Assembly: GCF_006345805.1 (NCBI RefSeq)
Contig: NC_043010.1
Location: 65,844,001-65,908,000, forward strand
Source of the DNA: Octopus sinensis
Taxonomy: Eukaryota
DNA: 64,000 nt
Reading direction: 5' to 3'
Under the pieces are notes generated by a model, which was given only the letters and a program-made list of their open reading frames with translations, did not search any database and was not told where the DNA came from. Made by a program: the position numbers and the translations under genes. This document shows positions 39,646 through 52,900 of this stretch, in pieces (the first letter of the stretch is position 1; the number at the start of each line of letters is the position of its first letter).

Positions 39646-42600
39646 TTACTGCCTGGAATCGAACTCGGAATCTTGGGGTTAGTAGCACACACTCTTAACC
39701 ACTACGCCATATGCCCGTGGGCATGTAAATAATATTTTTCTCTTTTTCTTGTTCCACAGACTTCATCTTCTTCAGAAATTCTTTGATGCTTGGTTCCATT
39801 ATACAGCCTGGAGAATTCAATGTCAGGTATGTCACATCTCCAACTGGAACCTGAAACACAGCATTCAAATATTCTCGTATACTTGTGTTCAATATGCCCT
39901 GATGTTGGTGAGGGTTTTTTGTTTGTTTGTTTGTTTGTTTTAATTTGTTTTGGTGTTGAAGAAGAGGCTGTACTTCATGGCTTTCATTGACCCTAAAGAC
40001 CAGTGACATTGATGGTTATATTCTTCTGCAAATTTGCTGCCTCTGAGAAAAACATCAGCAAGCAAGTTCCAAAGGGTTCACCACCTTGCAAAGAAAGAAT
40101 TGGGCACAGTGTTTGGAGGGTACAACATAACTGTGATTACAAACACTGGTTGAGGGAGTTTTCATCTGTTAATTGAAGGATAATCTTATTCACTCAAAAC
40201 TTTTCACCTCACTATATTATAAGTATGAGGCCGTACAATATTTGTATGTTGTCACGCTGGGTGAAATGCTTAGCAGTATTTCATCTCTCTTGACGTTTTG
40301 AGTGCAAATTCTGCTGAGGTCGACTTTGCCTTTCATGCTTTCAGAGTTGATAAATTAAGTACCAGTTGCATACTGGGGTCAATCTAATCGATTGGCCTCC
40401 TTCCCAAATATTTCAAGCCTTGTGCCTAGAGCAGAAAAGAATATCTGTTGAGGCTCTCCCTAAACAAAAAATACTCAGCACCTCTGACTTTTGAAACCAT
40501 CTTGAAGCCCAAAACTGGTTTTCTTTTACCTGGTCGAACTTCTCTTGAAGGCCTTGTGTGTGTGGAGGGAGCAGAATTTGTGTGCATATGCATGTGTTTC
40601 GGTGAAAAATATAAACCTCAGCAACAGACAGGTAAATTTTAAGCAAAACTTCTTTACTATATGTGAACGAGTATTTGACCCATTAAAAACATATATAAAC
40701 AGTGATGCTATTGATCACAAAATATGACATAAAATTCCTTAAAAAATTAACAAAGTTGATTGTTGTCCTCCAGCACATGATTGATATAACACATAAAGAA
40801 GTGAAGGGCTTTTTGCTTGTGGTTCTTTGCAGGCCCAACGCAGCAGAGCCAAAGCTCACTTCTATGTAACCATTTTACCAAAGGTGTTTTACCACTGGAC
40901 ATTGTATGTTGACCAACAGAAGTACCAACGGGCCATGTCACAGCAGGCTGAAGAATACTGGAGGTAACTATTAACATGTGTATATACATATATCAAAAGG
41001 TTGTGTAATAATACTATTCCACATATACAAAAACAGCCATACCAACAATCCAACATAACTCCATCATCAACTGCCCCACAGATATCATGATAGTTTCGAC
41101 ACCTGACCAGTACCATTCAATCCACTGATGTCAACAGCACTAAAATAAATGTTGTTTGGGAACAAACAAACCAAAGAAACCACAACTTTCAAGTACATTT
41201 GCCCTATGTACAACCATATCTGTAAATAAATTCAATAAAAAAATTACAACGTTATGTATAATATAGTCCATATATATAATACAAATATATTGTATATATG
41301 GACTAATTCATTTGTGTTAGGAAATATTGTGAGTGAGTGTTTTTATGTATTTATATGCATATGATCGTCGGGCAACCTGCTGTGCTTGAGGAGACCTATT
41401 GAGTCAAGTACATCAACATCAAAATACAAATCAAATGGAAATTGTAGTTGTGATACCTGTACTGGTGGCACATAAAAAGGAAAGGCATCCAGCTGTAGAA
41501 ACACTGCCAGATCAGACTGGAGCCTGGTGCAGCCTCCTGGCTTCCCAGACCTCAGTCGAACCGTCTAACCCATGCTAACATGGAAAACGAACATTAACCC
41601 TTTAGCGTTCAGATTACTCTGTTAAATGTAAAGCCTGTTTAATCACATTGTTTTTAATTAATCATTTATTATGTTATAGCTTTGAGGTTTCAATGATGTG
41701 ATTGTTTATTTTCAGAATGGCATTGTAGGTTAGGAGTGAGAGGCTAGATATCGCCAGTTTGAATAAAAAATATGTAGAATATTTTGGGCCGGATTTGGCC
41801 GGTTTAAACACTAAAGGGTTAAACGATGATGATGATGATGTGAGTGTGTTTATGTGAATGGGTGCATGTGTTATGTGTGTATTATTTGGTTGTTCAGTAT
41901 GCAGTCCTCTTTCTATGTCCTGCTACATGTACAAGCCTGGTTGTGTGGGCAAGAAGTTCATTTCTCAGCCTTGTTCATTTCAAGTTCAGACCCACCGTGA
42001 AGCACCTTGGGCAAGCGTTTCCTACTATAGCTCAAGGCTGACCAATGTTCTGTGAGTGATTTTGGTTGATGGAATTTCTACAATACCCATCCATCATGTG
42101 AACATTTGTCATCATCATTTAACATCCGGTTTTTTTTCAAATATAGAGAACAAGCCTCACAGTTGTGAGGGTCATTCCTTATACTTTTAGTCGAGCAATC
42201 ACTTGATAAAATTGAACCATGAATATGCCCAAATGTATATCATAAAAAGCTGTAAGCCTATAATAAATAATAAATCTATACAAGATAGTTGAAACAAGCA
42301 TCTTCTCTTTTGTTGCAGAGATAATTTGACAGCCAAAGTCTTTGCTCTTTGGCAAGAAGCAGCTGTGAAGAAACATGAAGTACGTCGTATGGAAGTAATG
42401 GTAAGTTGTAACATTGTATACCATTGTAGATCACTGTATCGACCAGGCTATTAGATGTTGTCGTACACTGTTGGTCACAATGCGCTTCCTTGCATTGTTG
42501 TAGCTTGCGAATGACGCCACCCCCAACTGGCTTAGCAGGCAGGTCACCATCTCCTCTGATTAGAATGCCAGTCCATCATGGGTTTATCCATTTATAGATT

Positions 42601-45600
42601 AGCGGACTGGAACAATGTGGAATGAAAAGTTTTGCTCAAGAACACAACGTACTGCCTGGCCTGAGAATTGAAACTGCAATCTTGCGATCATAAGTGCAAA
42701 ACACCACTAGGCCACATGCCTCCACAGCATTGTATATACATGGTTTCGATGACAACGCCTTACATTTCATCTGAAAATGGTATGGTCTTCAAGTCAGTGT
42801 ATGTTTAAACCAGTGCTTGATACACACACACACACACACATTTATAAACACACTAGCAGTATCACCCGGCGTTGCTCGGGTTTGTTTCAACCCTTTAGAA
42901 TTGGAATTTTTGAAAAGTAAAAATTTTGCATTATGTAGCTTGTTATTCTCTTTAAGTGAACATTTTTCTGGTTGAAATACACCTTTTTGATGTAAATAAT
43001 TTTTGGTGTTAACATAGTCCGATTTGAATTTTTTTCTTCTACGGAATGAAGAGTAAGCCTTCTTCTATCATGCTTTCAATTTTGGTCAACTTGCGCCGCA
43101 GGGTCTCGGAGGAGATAGTGTTAGTTGAAGGCTACCAAACCTGCCACACACAGACAACTTCAGCTTTATATATAGAGAGATTTATAAACACACTGAGATA
43201 CATCTAAATGTGTAGGTGTTGAATGTTGTTTCCAAGTTTGCTGGTTATTAGAATTTTGTCTTCTTGTGTAATCTTTTTCTCAGGCAATTCTCCATTACAA
43301 TAGAGTAACAATGTGCAAGACTCTAGCAACATGGAAGAAACGGACCTCACAGTGCCACCTGGTGGTAAGTAATTTTATATTTTAACTGGGACCTAGGGTA
43401 GTAGTTGTCGTTGTCCATGTTGTTGTTTAGCTCCAGATCGGCCCTGGTTGGACAGTCATCATCATCATCATCATCATCGTTTAACGTCCATTTTCCATGC
43501 TAGCATGGGTTGGACGGTTCGACCGGGGTCTGGGAAGCCAGGAGGCTGCACCAGGCTCCAGTTTGATCTGGCAGTGTTTCTACAGCTGGATGCCCTTCCT
43601 GACGCCAACCACTCCGTGAGTGTAGTGGGTGTTTTTTACGTGCCACTGGCACAGGTGTCAGGCGAGGCTGGCAAACGGCCACAATCGGTTGGTGCTTTTT
43701 ATGTGCCACCAGCATGGAAGCCAGTCAAGGCAGCACTGGCATCGGCCACATTTGGATGGTACTATTTACGTGCACTGTCAGACCGTGGATCCTATTTTTT
43801 ATCTTCATGCAGAGAACACTGGACTTCATAATGTGACATGTCTTCTTTTCAGATGGTAGTGGTGGTGATTTCAGGAGATGTAGCGGGTGAAACAAATATA
43901 TAGAGACTCTTCTATTGACTTGTGACTATTACACTACCTTCTGGTGTTCAATTGAAACTTTGGATGTTGATCCATCTCCACAGTGCCATCTGGTAACCAG
44001 TAGTAACATCGTGTTTGCTGAATAATGAATACACACAACACATGAAAACAGTTAGTCTCTTATCTGTAATGAGGGCCACTGAGTCACCACTATACCGTGG
44101 ATGACAGCAGGACAGTGTTTAAGCCCTTTTCATACCAACTTGCCCAAAACCACCACAGGGTTTCTGATACTTCTTATTTTAAATAAAAAAAAATAAATGT
44201 TCCTTCTTGAGCCACACCTGGCTCATAGGGCCGGTTTCCCAGTTCCAGTGGTGTAGAAATTCCCCACCTGGACGGGACACCGGTCCATCGCAGGATTACT
44301 CATTTTTGCCAGCTGAGTGGATGAGAAATTAGCAAATGAAAGATAATGATTAGTCACTTAATTATTGTCCGAATATATTGCTGTGTGTGTGTGCTCATAT
44401 GTGATTGTATGTCTGTGTCTATATGTGAATATGCACATGTGTGTCAATGCTTATAGCCTGCACTTCACATAAAAATCTACTTGCTACAAACGGTGATGTT
44501 TGTTGACATTACACCCTCTCAACAAATCACCCACTAGCTTTGTGAGTGGAATATAATCCTGCCATACTTGGAAAACAGAGAAGGGTAAGCAGCAGGAAGG
44601 ACATTCGACTGTAAATGTATTCACCTAACTCATACCAGCTTGGAAGCAAGGGAGTAAAACAAACAAACACAGTCTCCAGCACAACCTGTATAAAGATACT
44701 CTCTTTTATTCTCTACAGGATGAAGCTTGTTACCATCGGCAGAAGGCTGCACTGCGGAAATTCTTTCTGGCTTGGAGAGAATATATAGAGGACATACACA
44801 ATATGTAAGTATACATATGTCTATACTGTATCTGATATAATCTACATTGATCATCATCATCATCATAACAATCACTTTGCTATGCTTTCAGATGGAATTG
44901 TTGAGGGAGATTTTTCTTTTTTCAGCCATCTTACCCTTCTTGTTGTCATCATCATCATCATCATCATCATCATTTAGCGTCTGCTTTCCATGCTAGCATG
45001 GGTTGGACGGGTCAACTGGGGTCTGTGAAGCTGGAAGGCTTCGTCAGGCCCAGTCAGATCTGGCAGTGTTTCTACGGCTGGATGCCCTTCCTAACGCCAA
45101 CCACTCCGCGAGTGTAGTGGGTGTTTTTTACGTGCCACCTGCACAGGTGCCAGACATAAATTACAAAGCAAAGTAATGTTTCCCCACGACTGGACATGTT
45201 TACGTTGGAAGATTGGAAACAAAGGATGTTGCTTGCATGATGGTGAGGGTTGCTTGTAATTATCATATATGTCACGACAAGGAGACACAAACACATGCAC
45301 ACATGAGGCACAAGCATAGCTATGTGGTAACAAGGTTGCTTCCCAACCTCATGGTTCTGGGTTCAATCCTACTGCATTGTCTTCTACTACTACAGCCCTA
45401 GAAATCAAGCCAAGACAGACTATGGAACCAGGTGCAGCCCCAGGCCTAGCCAGTTCCTATCACTCTGTCCAACCCATACCAGCAAAGGAAGGCGGCGAGC
45501 TGGCAGACTCGTTAGCACGCCGGGCGAAATGCGTAGCCGTATTTCGTCTGCCGTTACGTTCTGAGTTCAAATTCCGCCGAGGTCGACTTTGCCTTTCATC

Positions 45601-48297
45601 CTTTCGGGGTCGATAAATTAAGTACCAGTTACGCCCTGGGGTCGATGTAATCGACATAATCCGTTTGTCCCCTCTGTGTTTAGCCCCTTGTGGGCAGTAG
45701 TGAAACACACACCAGCAAAGGAAAACCGACCTTAAATGACGATGATGATGATGATGATGATACAACCACCAAATTTGTGAAAACCATTCCTTACAAGTCT
45801 TTATATCTTTGGAATATTTCTCTTTCAGGAATCGTCTGGAAATGCTTGCAACAGTCTGTTACTACAGCCACATTCAACGCAGATGTTTGACAGCCTGGAT
45901 TCAGGTATTTACACTTGTGTGTGTGTGTGTATTCATGTTTGGATATGTGCATGTGTGTGTTACAGTGTGTGGGCCTTCTTTTCCATAAATGTGCATGTGT
46001 ATCACTATTCTATGTATGTAGGCATGGCCAAATAGTTAGGAAGTTTACCTTGCAACTGTAAGGTCCCTGGTTCACTCCCATTGCATGGCATCTTGAGCAA
46101 GTATCTTCTGCCATAGCCTTGTGAGTGGAATTTGGTTGATTACATATTACATAAATATATATTAGCACTGTATCACACTACCAACCAGACCATCAGATGC
46201 CTGTTATACATCACTGGTCACAATGCACTTCCAATTGTCTTAATTGTGCTATTTTTTTCCATCTTGATGCAAATTCCTTAACTAAATCATCTTCCCATCA
46301 TCATGGAGATGTCCCAAGTGCACTCAGCAACTGCACGGGTCCACCCGTTGTTTGTGAACCTTGCAACATGTCCAACTGAGTGGAACTTGTGGTTTTGGCA
46401 TATCTGGAGTTATCGTGCAAACTGCTTCACTGATCGAAATTTTCATCTCCTCCAGGGTAGCAGGTAGTGGGGGTACGTAAACTGTGCTCTTCACGTATCC
46501 GCAAAGAAAGAAGTCACAAACAGTTAGATCCGTTGACCTTGCAGGCCACTTGCAGAACTCCTGATCATCTCGTCCAGCACAACCAATCCGTCTGTTTGGC
46601 AAGTGCTCACTAAGAAATCTCCTGACAGCAAGATGCCAGTGCTTCTGAGAAGGTATAATGCCCGGCTAGCTCATCATATTGACTATTTGGGGCTGTGCAC
46701 GAATTTTCTTCTAATTCGATCAACAACTTCCTCTGAGGGTCGACCGGAATGCCCCTTTTTCTGACCACAGATACACCCTTTCTGATTAAAATCATTGTAC
46801 CATTTCTGAATGCACTTGAGTGTAGGTGGAATCATATGATACTTGATACTGTTACCTGAAGATGCTGATGTTTCCACAACTAGCTGCTGAGGGTGATGAC
46901 TACCTGTTCCAGCAATATGGTGCTCCACCGCACTGGGTTCTCACTGTCAGATTTCTCACTGAGCACTTGCCAAACAGACGGATTGGTTGTGCTGGACGAG
47001 ATGATCAGGAGTTCTGTAAGTGGCCAGCAAGGTCACCGGATCTAACCGTTTGTGACTTCTTTCTATACGGGTACATGAAGAACGCAGTTTGTGTACCACC
47101 ACTTCCTTCTACCCTGGAGGAGATGAAAATTTCAATCAGTGAAGCAGTTCACATGAAAACACCAGATATGCTGTAGAACCTCTGGACCGAACTGGATTAT
47201 CGCAACGATGTTTGCCTAGCAACCAGAGGGGCACACATTGAGTGCTTTTAAAGCTACCCTCTACCACATGAAACTGTATGAAATCCTGAATCTGATGCTA
47301 CTAACTGTGAGAAAGAGTGGCTGTGTGGTAAGTAGCTTGTTTACCAACCACATGGTTCCGGGATCAGTCCTACTGCTTGGCACCTTGGGCAAGTGTCTTC
47401 TACTATAGCCTCGGGCCGACCAAAGCCTTGTGAGTGGATTTGGTAGATGGAAACTGAAAGAAGCCCGTCATATATATATATATATGAAGAGCGTAGGCTC
47501 GAAACGTTAAAGACTTGTTTTATTTATATTTCCTGAGCGCCATACTAATACAATTGTTCGTTTGTTTTCCACCTGCCTTCGTCTTTTGTCTATTTTCATT
47601 AAGCTTCCCGTTATATATATATATATATATGTATGTATGTGTGTGTAGGTTTGTGTATCTGTGTTTGTCCCCCTAGCATTGCTTGACAACCGATGCTGGT
47701 GTGTTTATGTCCCCGTCACTTAGTGGTTCGGCAAAAGAGACCGATAGAATAAGTACTGGGCTTACAAAGAATAAGTCCCGGGGTTGAGTTGCGCGATTAA
47801 AAGCGGTGCTCCAGCATGGCCGCAGTCATAATGGTTGAAACAAGTAAAAAGAGTAAAAGCGTTATATATCTGTTTGGAATCAGAGAGTGTTTTTGTGGAC
47901 ACCCTGTATATTTATAATTTTTCTTGTGCAGTTTCATCAAACGTGTCAACAGAAGCAATTGATCTACAAACGTGCACAGCAACATCATGAATCACATCTG
48001 TATTGTAAATATTTCTCCGCCTGGCGTCTCTACATCACGCAATGTCATTCAATTAAGATGGAAGCCATGAAGATGTTCCAGACAGCACGTCACAAGATAC
48101 TGAAGTAAGTGATCCACCCACCCTTGCAATCCATCCACCCGGTCTCTCTTTCAGCTTTGCTTTGTCAGTCATCTTGTATTGATTTAATGGAAAACTATCG
48201 GTTCAAAGAAATTGATGATTCATCATTGTTTAACTTCTACTTTGCCATGCTTGCATGAGTCAGATCAAAGTCTACACTAAATATATACATGTATAAA

Positions 48298-48338
<41 letters not shown>

Positions 48339-49758
48339 CATCACTATCGTCATTTAATGCTCATTTTCCATCCTGGCATGGGTTGGACGGTTCGACTGAA
48401 AACTGGTAAGCCAGGAGGCTGCACCAGGCCCCAATCTGATTTGGCAAGGTTTCTACAGCTGGATACCCTTCTTAATGCCAACCACTCCAAGAGTGTAATG
48501 GGTGCTTTTCACATGTCACTGGCCTCGTCACTAATTGATATTGTGTTCATGAGGCGAGCTGGCAGAAACGTTAGAACGCCGGGCGAAATGCGTAGCCGTA
48601 TTTCGTCTGCCGTTACGTTCTGAGTTCAAATTCCGCCGAGGTCGACTTTGCCTTTCATCCTTTCGGGGTCGATAAAATAAGTACCAGTTACATACTGGGG
48701 TCGATGTAATCGACTTAATTCGTTTGTCTGTCCTTGTTTGTCCCCTCTATGTTTAGCCCCTTGTGGGTAGTAAAGAAACAGATATTGTGTTCATGAGAGT
48801 GTATATACCTAAGTGTATGTGTGCATGCATGTATGTATATATTGTATGCACGTATGTATATATTGTATGCACGTATGTATATATTGTATATTAATAATAA
48901 TAATAATGAAATTATTGTATACAGTGCTCAGGTGCACCACAACTTGTCAGAGTATATGCTGTAATGTACAAATGTCTGGAAAGCGAACAATGCATGAGTC
49001 AGATACATGCTTGTGTGTGTATGGAGGGGAGAAAATCAGGTGTAGTGTTGGCGAATCTCAGGAAGCATGGAAGTTTTGAAGGATGCAGTGCTCCGACAAC
49101 TAACAACTGATGCCGGCAGTTTGTTCCATGCTTCTGTATAAATAAATTTGGTGTGTTTTACAGGGAGAGGTTCAGGCATTGGTATACAGTCAGCAGACAT
49201 GGAGTGCTCAATAGACAGCAAGAGCAAACAGCTGCAGTGTTTTACAACAGAAATTTACTTTCTAAGGTTTGTTGCTTTTATTTCCTTTGTGTATTCCTTA
49301 GTTAATTTGTCATGTGTGTGTGGGTGTGTATCATCATCGTCATTTAACGTCCACTTTCCATGCTGGCATGGGTTGGATGGTTCGACTGAGAACTGGGAAG
49401 CCAGAAGGTTGCACCAGGCTCCAGTCTGATCTGACAAAGCTTCTACAGCCGGATGCCCTTCCTAATGCCAACCACTCCGAGAGTGTAGTGGGTGCTTTTA
49501 CGTGCCACTGGCCCTCATGCCAGTCAGGTGGTACTGGCATCGGCCACACTCAAATGGTGTTTTTTATGTGCCACCTGCACTGGAGCCAGTCCAGCGGCAT
49601 AGATATGGACATGACTGTGTGGTAAGAAGCTTGCTTCCTAACCACATGGTTCTGGGTTCAGTCCCGCTGCATGGTAAAGTGTCTTCTACTATAGCCTCAG
49701 GCTGACCAATGCCTTGTGAGTGAATTCACTACAAAGATACTATAGAATGCTCATCTAT

Positions 49759-49795
<37 letters not shown>

Positions 49796-52700
49796 ACCTT
49801 TCAATATGTGACCTCGTGAGTACCGCTGGCGATTTTTTTTCCCTCTGTCTTCTCCTTCTCGGGATCTTTCCTTCTCCTATGTTTCCGACGAAGAGCTCCG
49901 CTTGAAACGTTAAACCCTCCTTCTTCCCTTCTTTCCTGAGCGTACAATAATACTTTATTTGTTCCACGTCCTCGCATTGTTGTGTTTTTTTGTGTTTTCT
50001 TGTTTGAATTAACTTTATATATATATATAATTTAGATTCCGTTGAGGCACCTTTTTAGGTTGGTATAATCCTCACACCCAAACAATATTAATTTAATATT
50101 GACTATCAGGACTTTGTGCAGGGGTGTTTGCACCTGATATTCCTGCCATGTGTGCAGACAACACAACCCAGTGATATGACAACAGAAACAATGTGAATAT
50201 TTTGAGTTCCATTATTGCTACGAATATGTTAAGGCAGTGGTTGTATCCTCCAAGTTCGAAGTCTGTGTGGTCACCTGACAAGAACGGATCTTTCAGATGA
50301 TATAATTAATCAATTAAAAGAGTTGCTTAAAATGACTGTAATGAATTGACACCTGTACATTTTGTTACTCATATATATATATATATATATATATACTCTT
50401 TTACTCTTTTACTTGTTTCAATCATTTGACTGCGGCCATGCTGGAGCACCGCCTTTAGTCGAGCAAATCGACCCCAGGACTTATTCTTTGTAAGCCCAGT
50501 ACTTATTCTATCAGTCTCTTTTGCCGAACCGCTAAGTGACGGGGACGTAAACACACCAGCATCGGTTGTCAAGCAATGCTAGGGGGACAAACACACATAT
50601 ACATATATACATATATACGACAGGCTTCTTTCAGTTTCCATCTACCAAATCCACTCACAAGGCATTGGTCGGTCCGGGGCTATAGCAGAAGACACTTTCC
50701 CAAGATGCCACACAGTGGGACTGAACCCGGAACCATGTGGTTGGTTAGCAAGCTACTTACCACACAGCCACTCCTGTGCCTATATATAATCAAAATTATT
50801 AACCATCTTACTAACAATAACTCTGAGCACCTTTTCAAACTCCACCTGTCTAACACCCGTGGACATATTTACAAAGTCAGAAAACAGCACAGCTCCCATG
50901 ACTTCAGGAAACATTTTTTCATGCTGAGAGTTGCTGAAGCGTGGAACAAACTGCCGGCATCAGTTGTTAGTTGTCGGAGCACTGCATCCTTCAAAACTTC
51001 CATGCTTCCTGAGATTCGCCAACACTACACTTGATTTTCTCCCCTCCATACACACACAAGCATGTATCTGACTCATACATTGTTCGCTTTCCAGACATTT
51101 CTACATTACTGCATGTACTTTATACGCACTTTCTGACAAGTTGTGGTGCACCTGAGCACTGTATACAATAATTTCATTATTATTATTTATTATTAAAATA
51201 AACAACAGGATATTAAGAAGTGATGCAGGACGACCACTTCAAGCGGCTCCATTTAAGTGAACAATGCAATCATTACATCAATTTAAATGCAGGACTATCA
51301 TCAGCTGCACAAATAAATAAATAGAATAGAGTATATTCTTAGCTACAGCAGTGACAACAGGGATTTCTTCCATCTTCGTGCTCTGTTAAAGTATTTGAGT
51401 AAAATTATATTAATGTGTCTGACTGATTAAAATTCTACCGGACTGACGTGGTGCTTCAACTTAAGTACCTAATTTAGCTGAATCTCATATATATATATAT
51501 ATATATACTCTTTACTTGTTTCAGTCATTTGACTGCAGCCATGCTGGAGCACCGCCTTTAATCGAGCAACTCGACCCCAGGACTTATTCTTTGTAAGCCC
51601 AGTACTTATTCTATCGGTCTCTTTTGCCGAACCGCTAAGTGACGGGGACATAAACACACCAGCATCGGTTGTCAAGCAATGCTAGGGGGACAAACACAAA
51701 CGCACATGTATATATATATATATATATATATATAACGGGCTTCTTTCAGTTTCCGTCTACCAAATCCACTCACAAGGCTTTGGTTGGCCCGAGGCTATAA
51801 CAGAAGGCACTTGCCCAAGATGCCACGCAGTGGGACTGAACCCGGAACCATGTGGTTGGTAAGCAAGCTACTTACCACACAGCCACTCCTATATATAAGA
51901 CAAGAAAATGGATATAATAACAATGGGAAACTCATGGTTTATGCTGGCATGTCTTTAATTAAATACGTGACAAAGAAGTAAGAAGCAGAGGCTCTGGCAG
52001 GGGTTAGTGGTGAACCCTCTCTTTCTCTCACTCTTTCTTCCTGTTTCTGTTGTACCTGTATTTGAAAGGGCCAGCCTCGTCACACTCTGTGTCACGCTGA
52101 ATCTCCCCGAGAACTACGTTAAGGGTACACGTGTCTGTGGAGTGCCCAGCCACTTGCACGTTAATAAATGAGCTGTGACGTCACTGGTGCCAAGCTGTAT
52201 CAGCCTTTGTCTTTCCCTTGGATAACATCGGTGGCAAGGAGAAGGGAGGCTGGCATGTGTGGGCGACTGCTGGTCTTCCATAAACAACCTTGCCTAGACT
52301 TGTGCTTTGGAGGGTAACTTTCTAGGTGCAATCCCATGGTCAGTCATGACCGAAGGGGGTCACAACACACTCAACAACAGCACTATGATAAGTAGTTGAT
52401 GTTAAGAAAGGCATCCAGCTGGGGAAACCCTGGCAATGAATCTTCATGGCAATAGAATCTTCTGTAGCCCTCTGGCTCATCTGTTCTTGCAGAACCATCC
52501 AGTCCATGCCAGAATGATGATAATAATATTTGTGTGTGTGTGTGTGTGCTCATATGTGATTGTATGTCTGTGTGTATATGTGAATATGCACATGTGTTTC
52601 AATGCTTATAGTCTGCACTTCACATAAAAATCTACTGGCTACGAACGGTGATGTTTTTTGACATTACCCCCTCTCAACAAATCACCCACTAGCTTTGTGA

Positions 52701-52850
52701 GTGGAATATAATCCTGCCATACTTGGAAAACAGAGAAGGGTAAGCAGCAGGAAGGACATTCGACTGTAAATGTATTCACCTAACTCATACTAGCATGGAA
52801 GCAGGGGGGTAAAACAAACAAACCACAACACACATCACCACTACTGTTAT

Positions 52851-52900
<50 letters not shown>

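Noticed and set aside
46862-47176. Functional or domesticated transposase
   Set aside because: It is truncated and rearranged, with a stop codon and no intact DNA-binding domain in frame.
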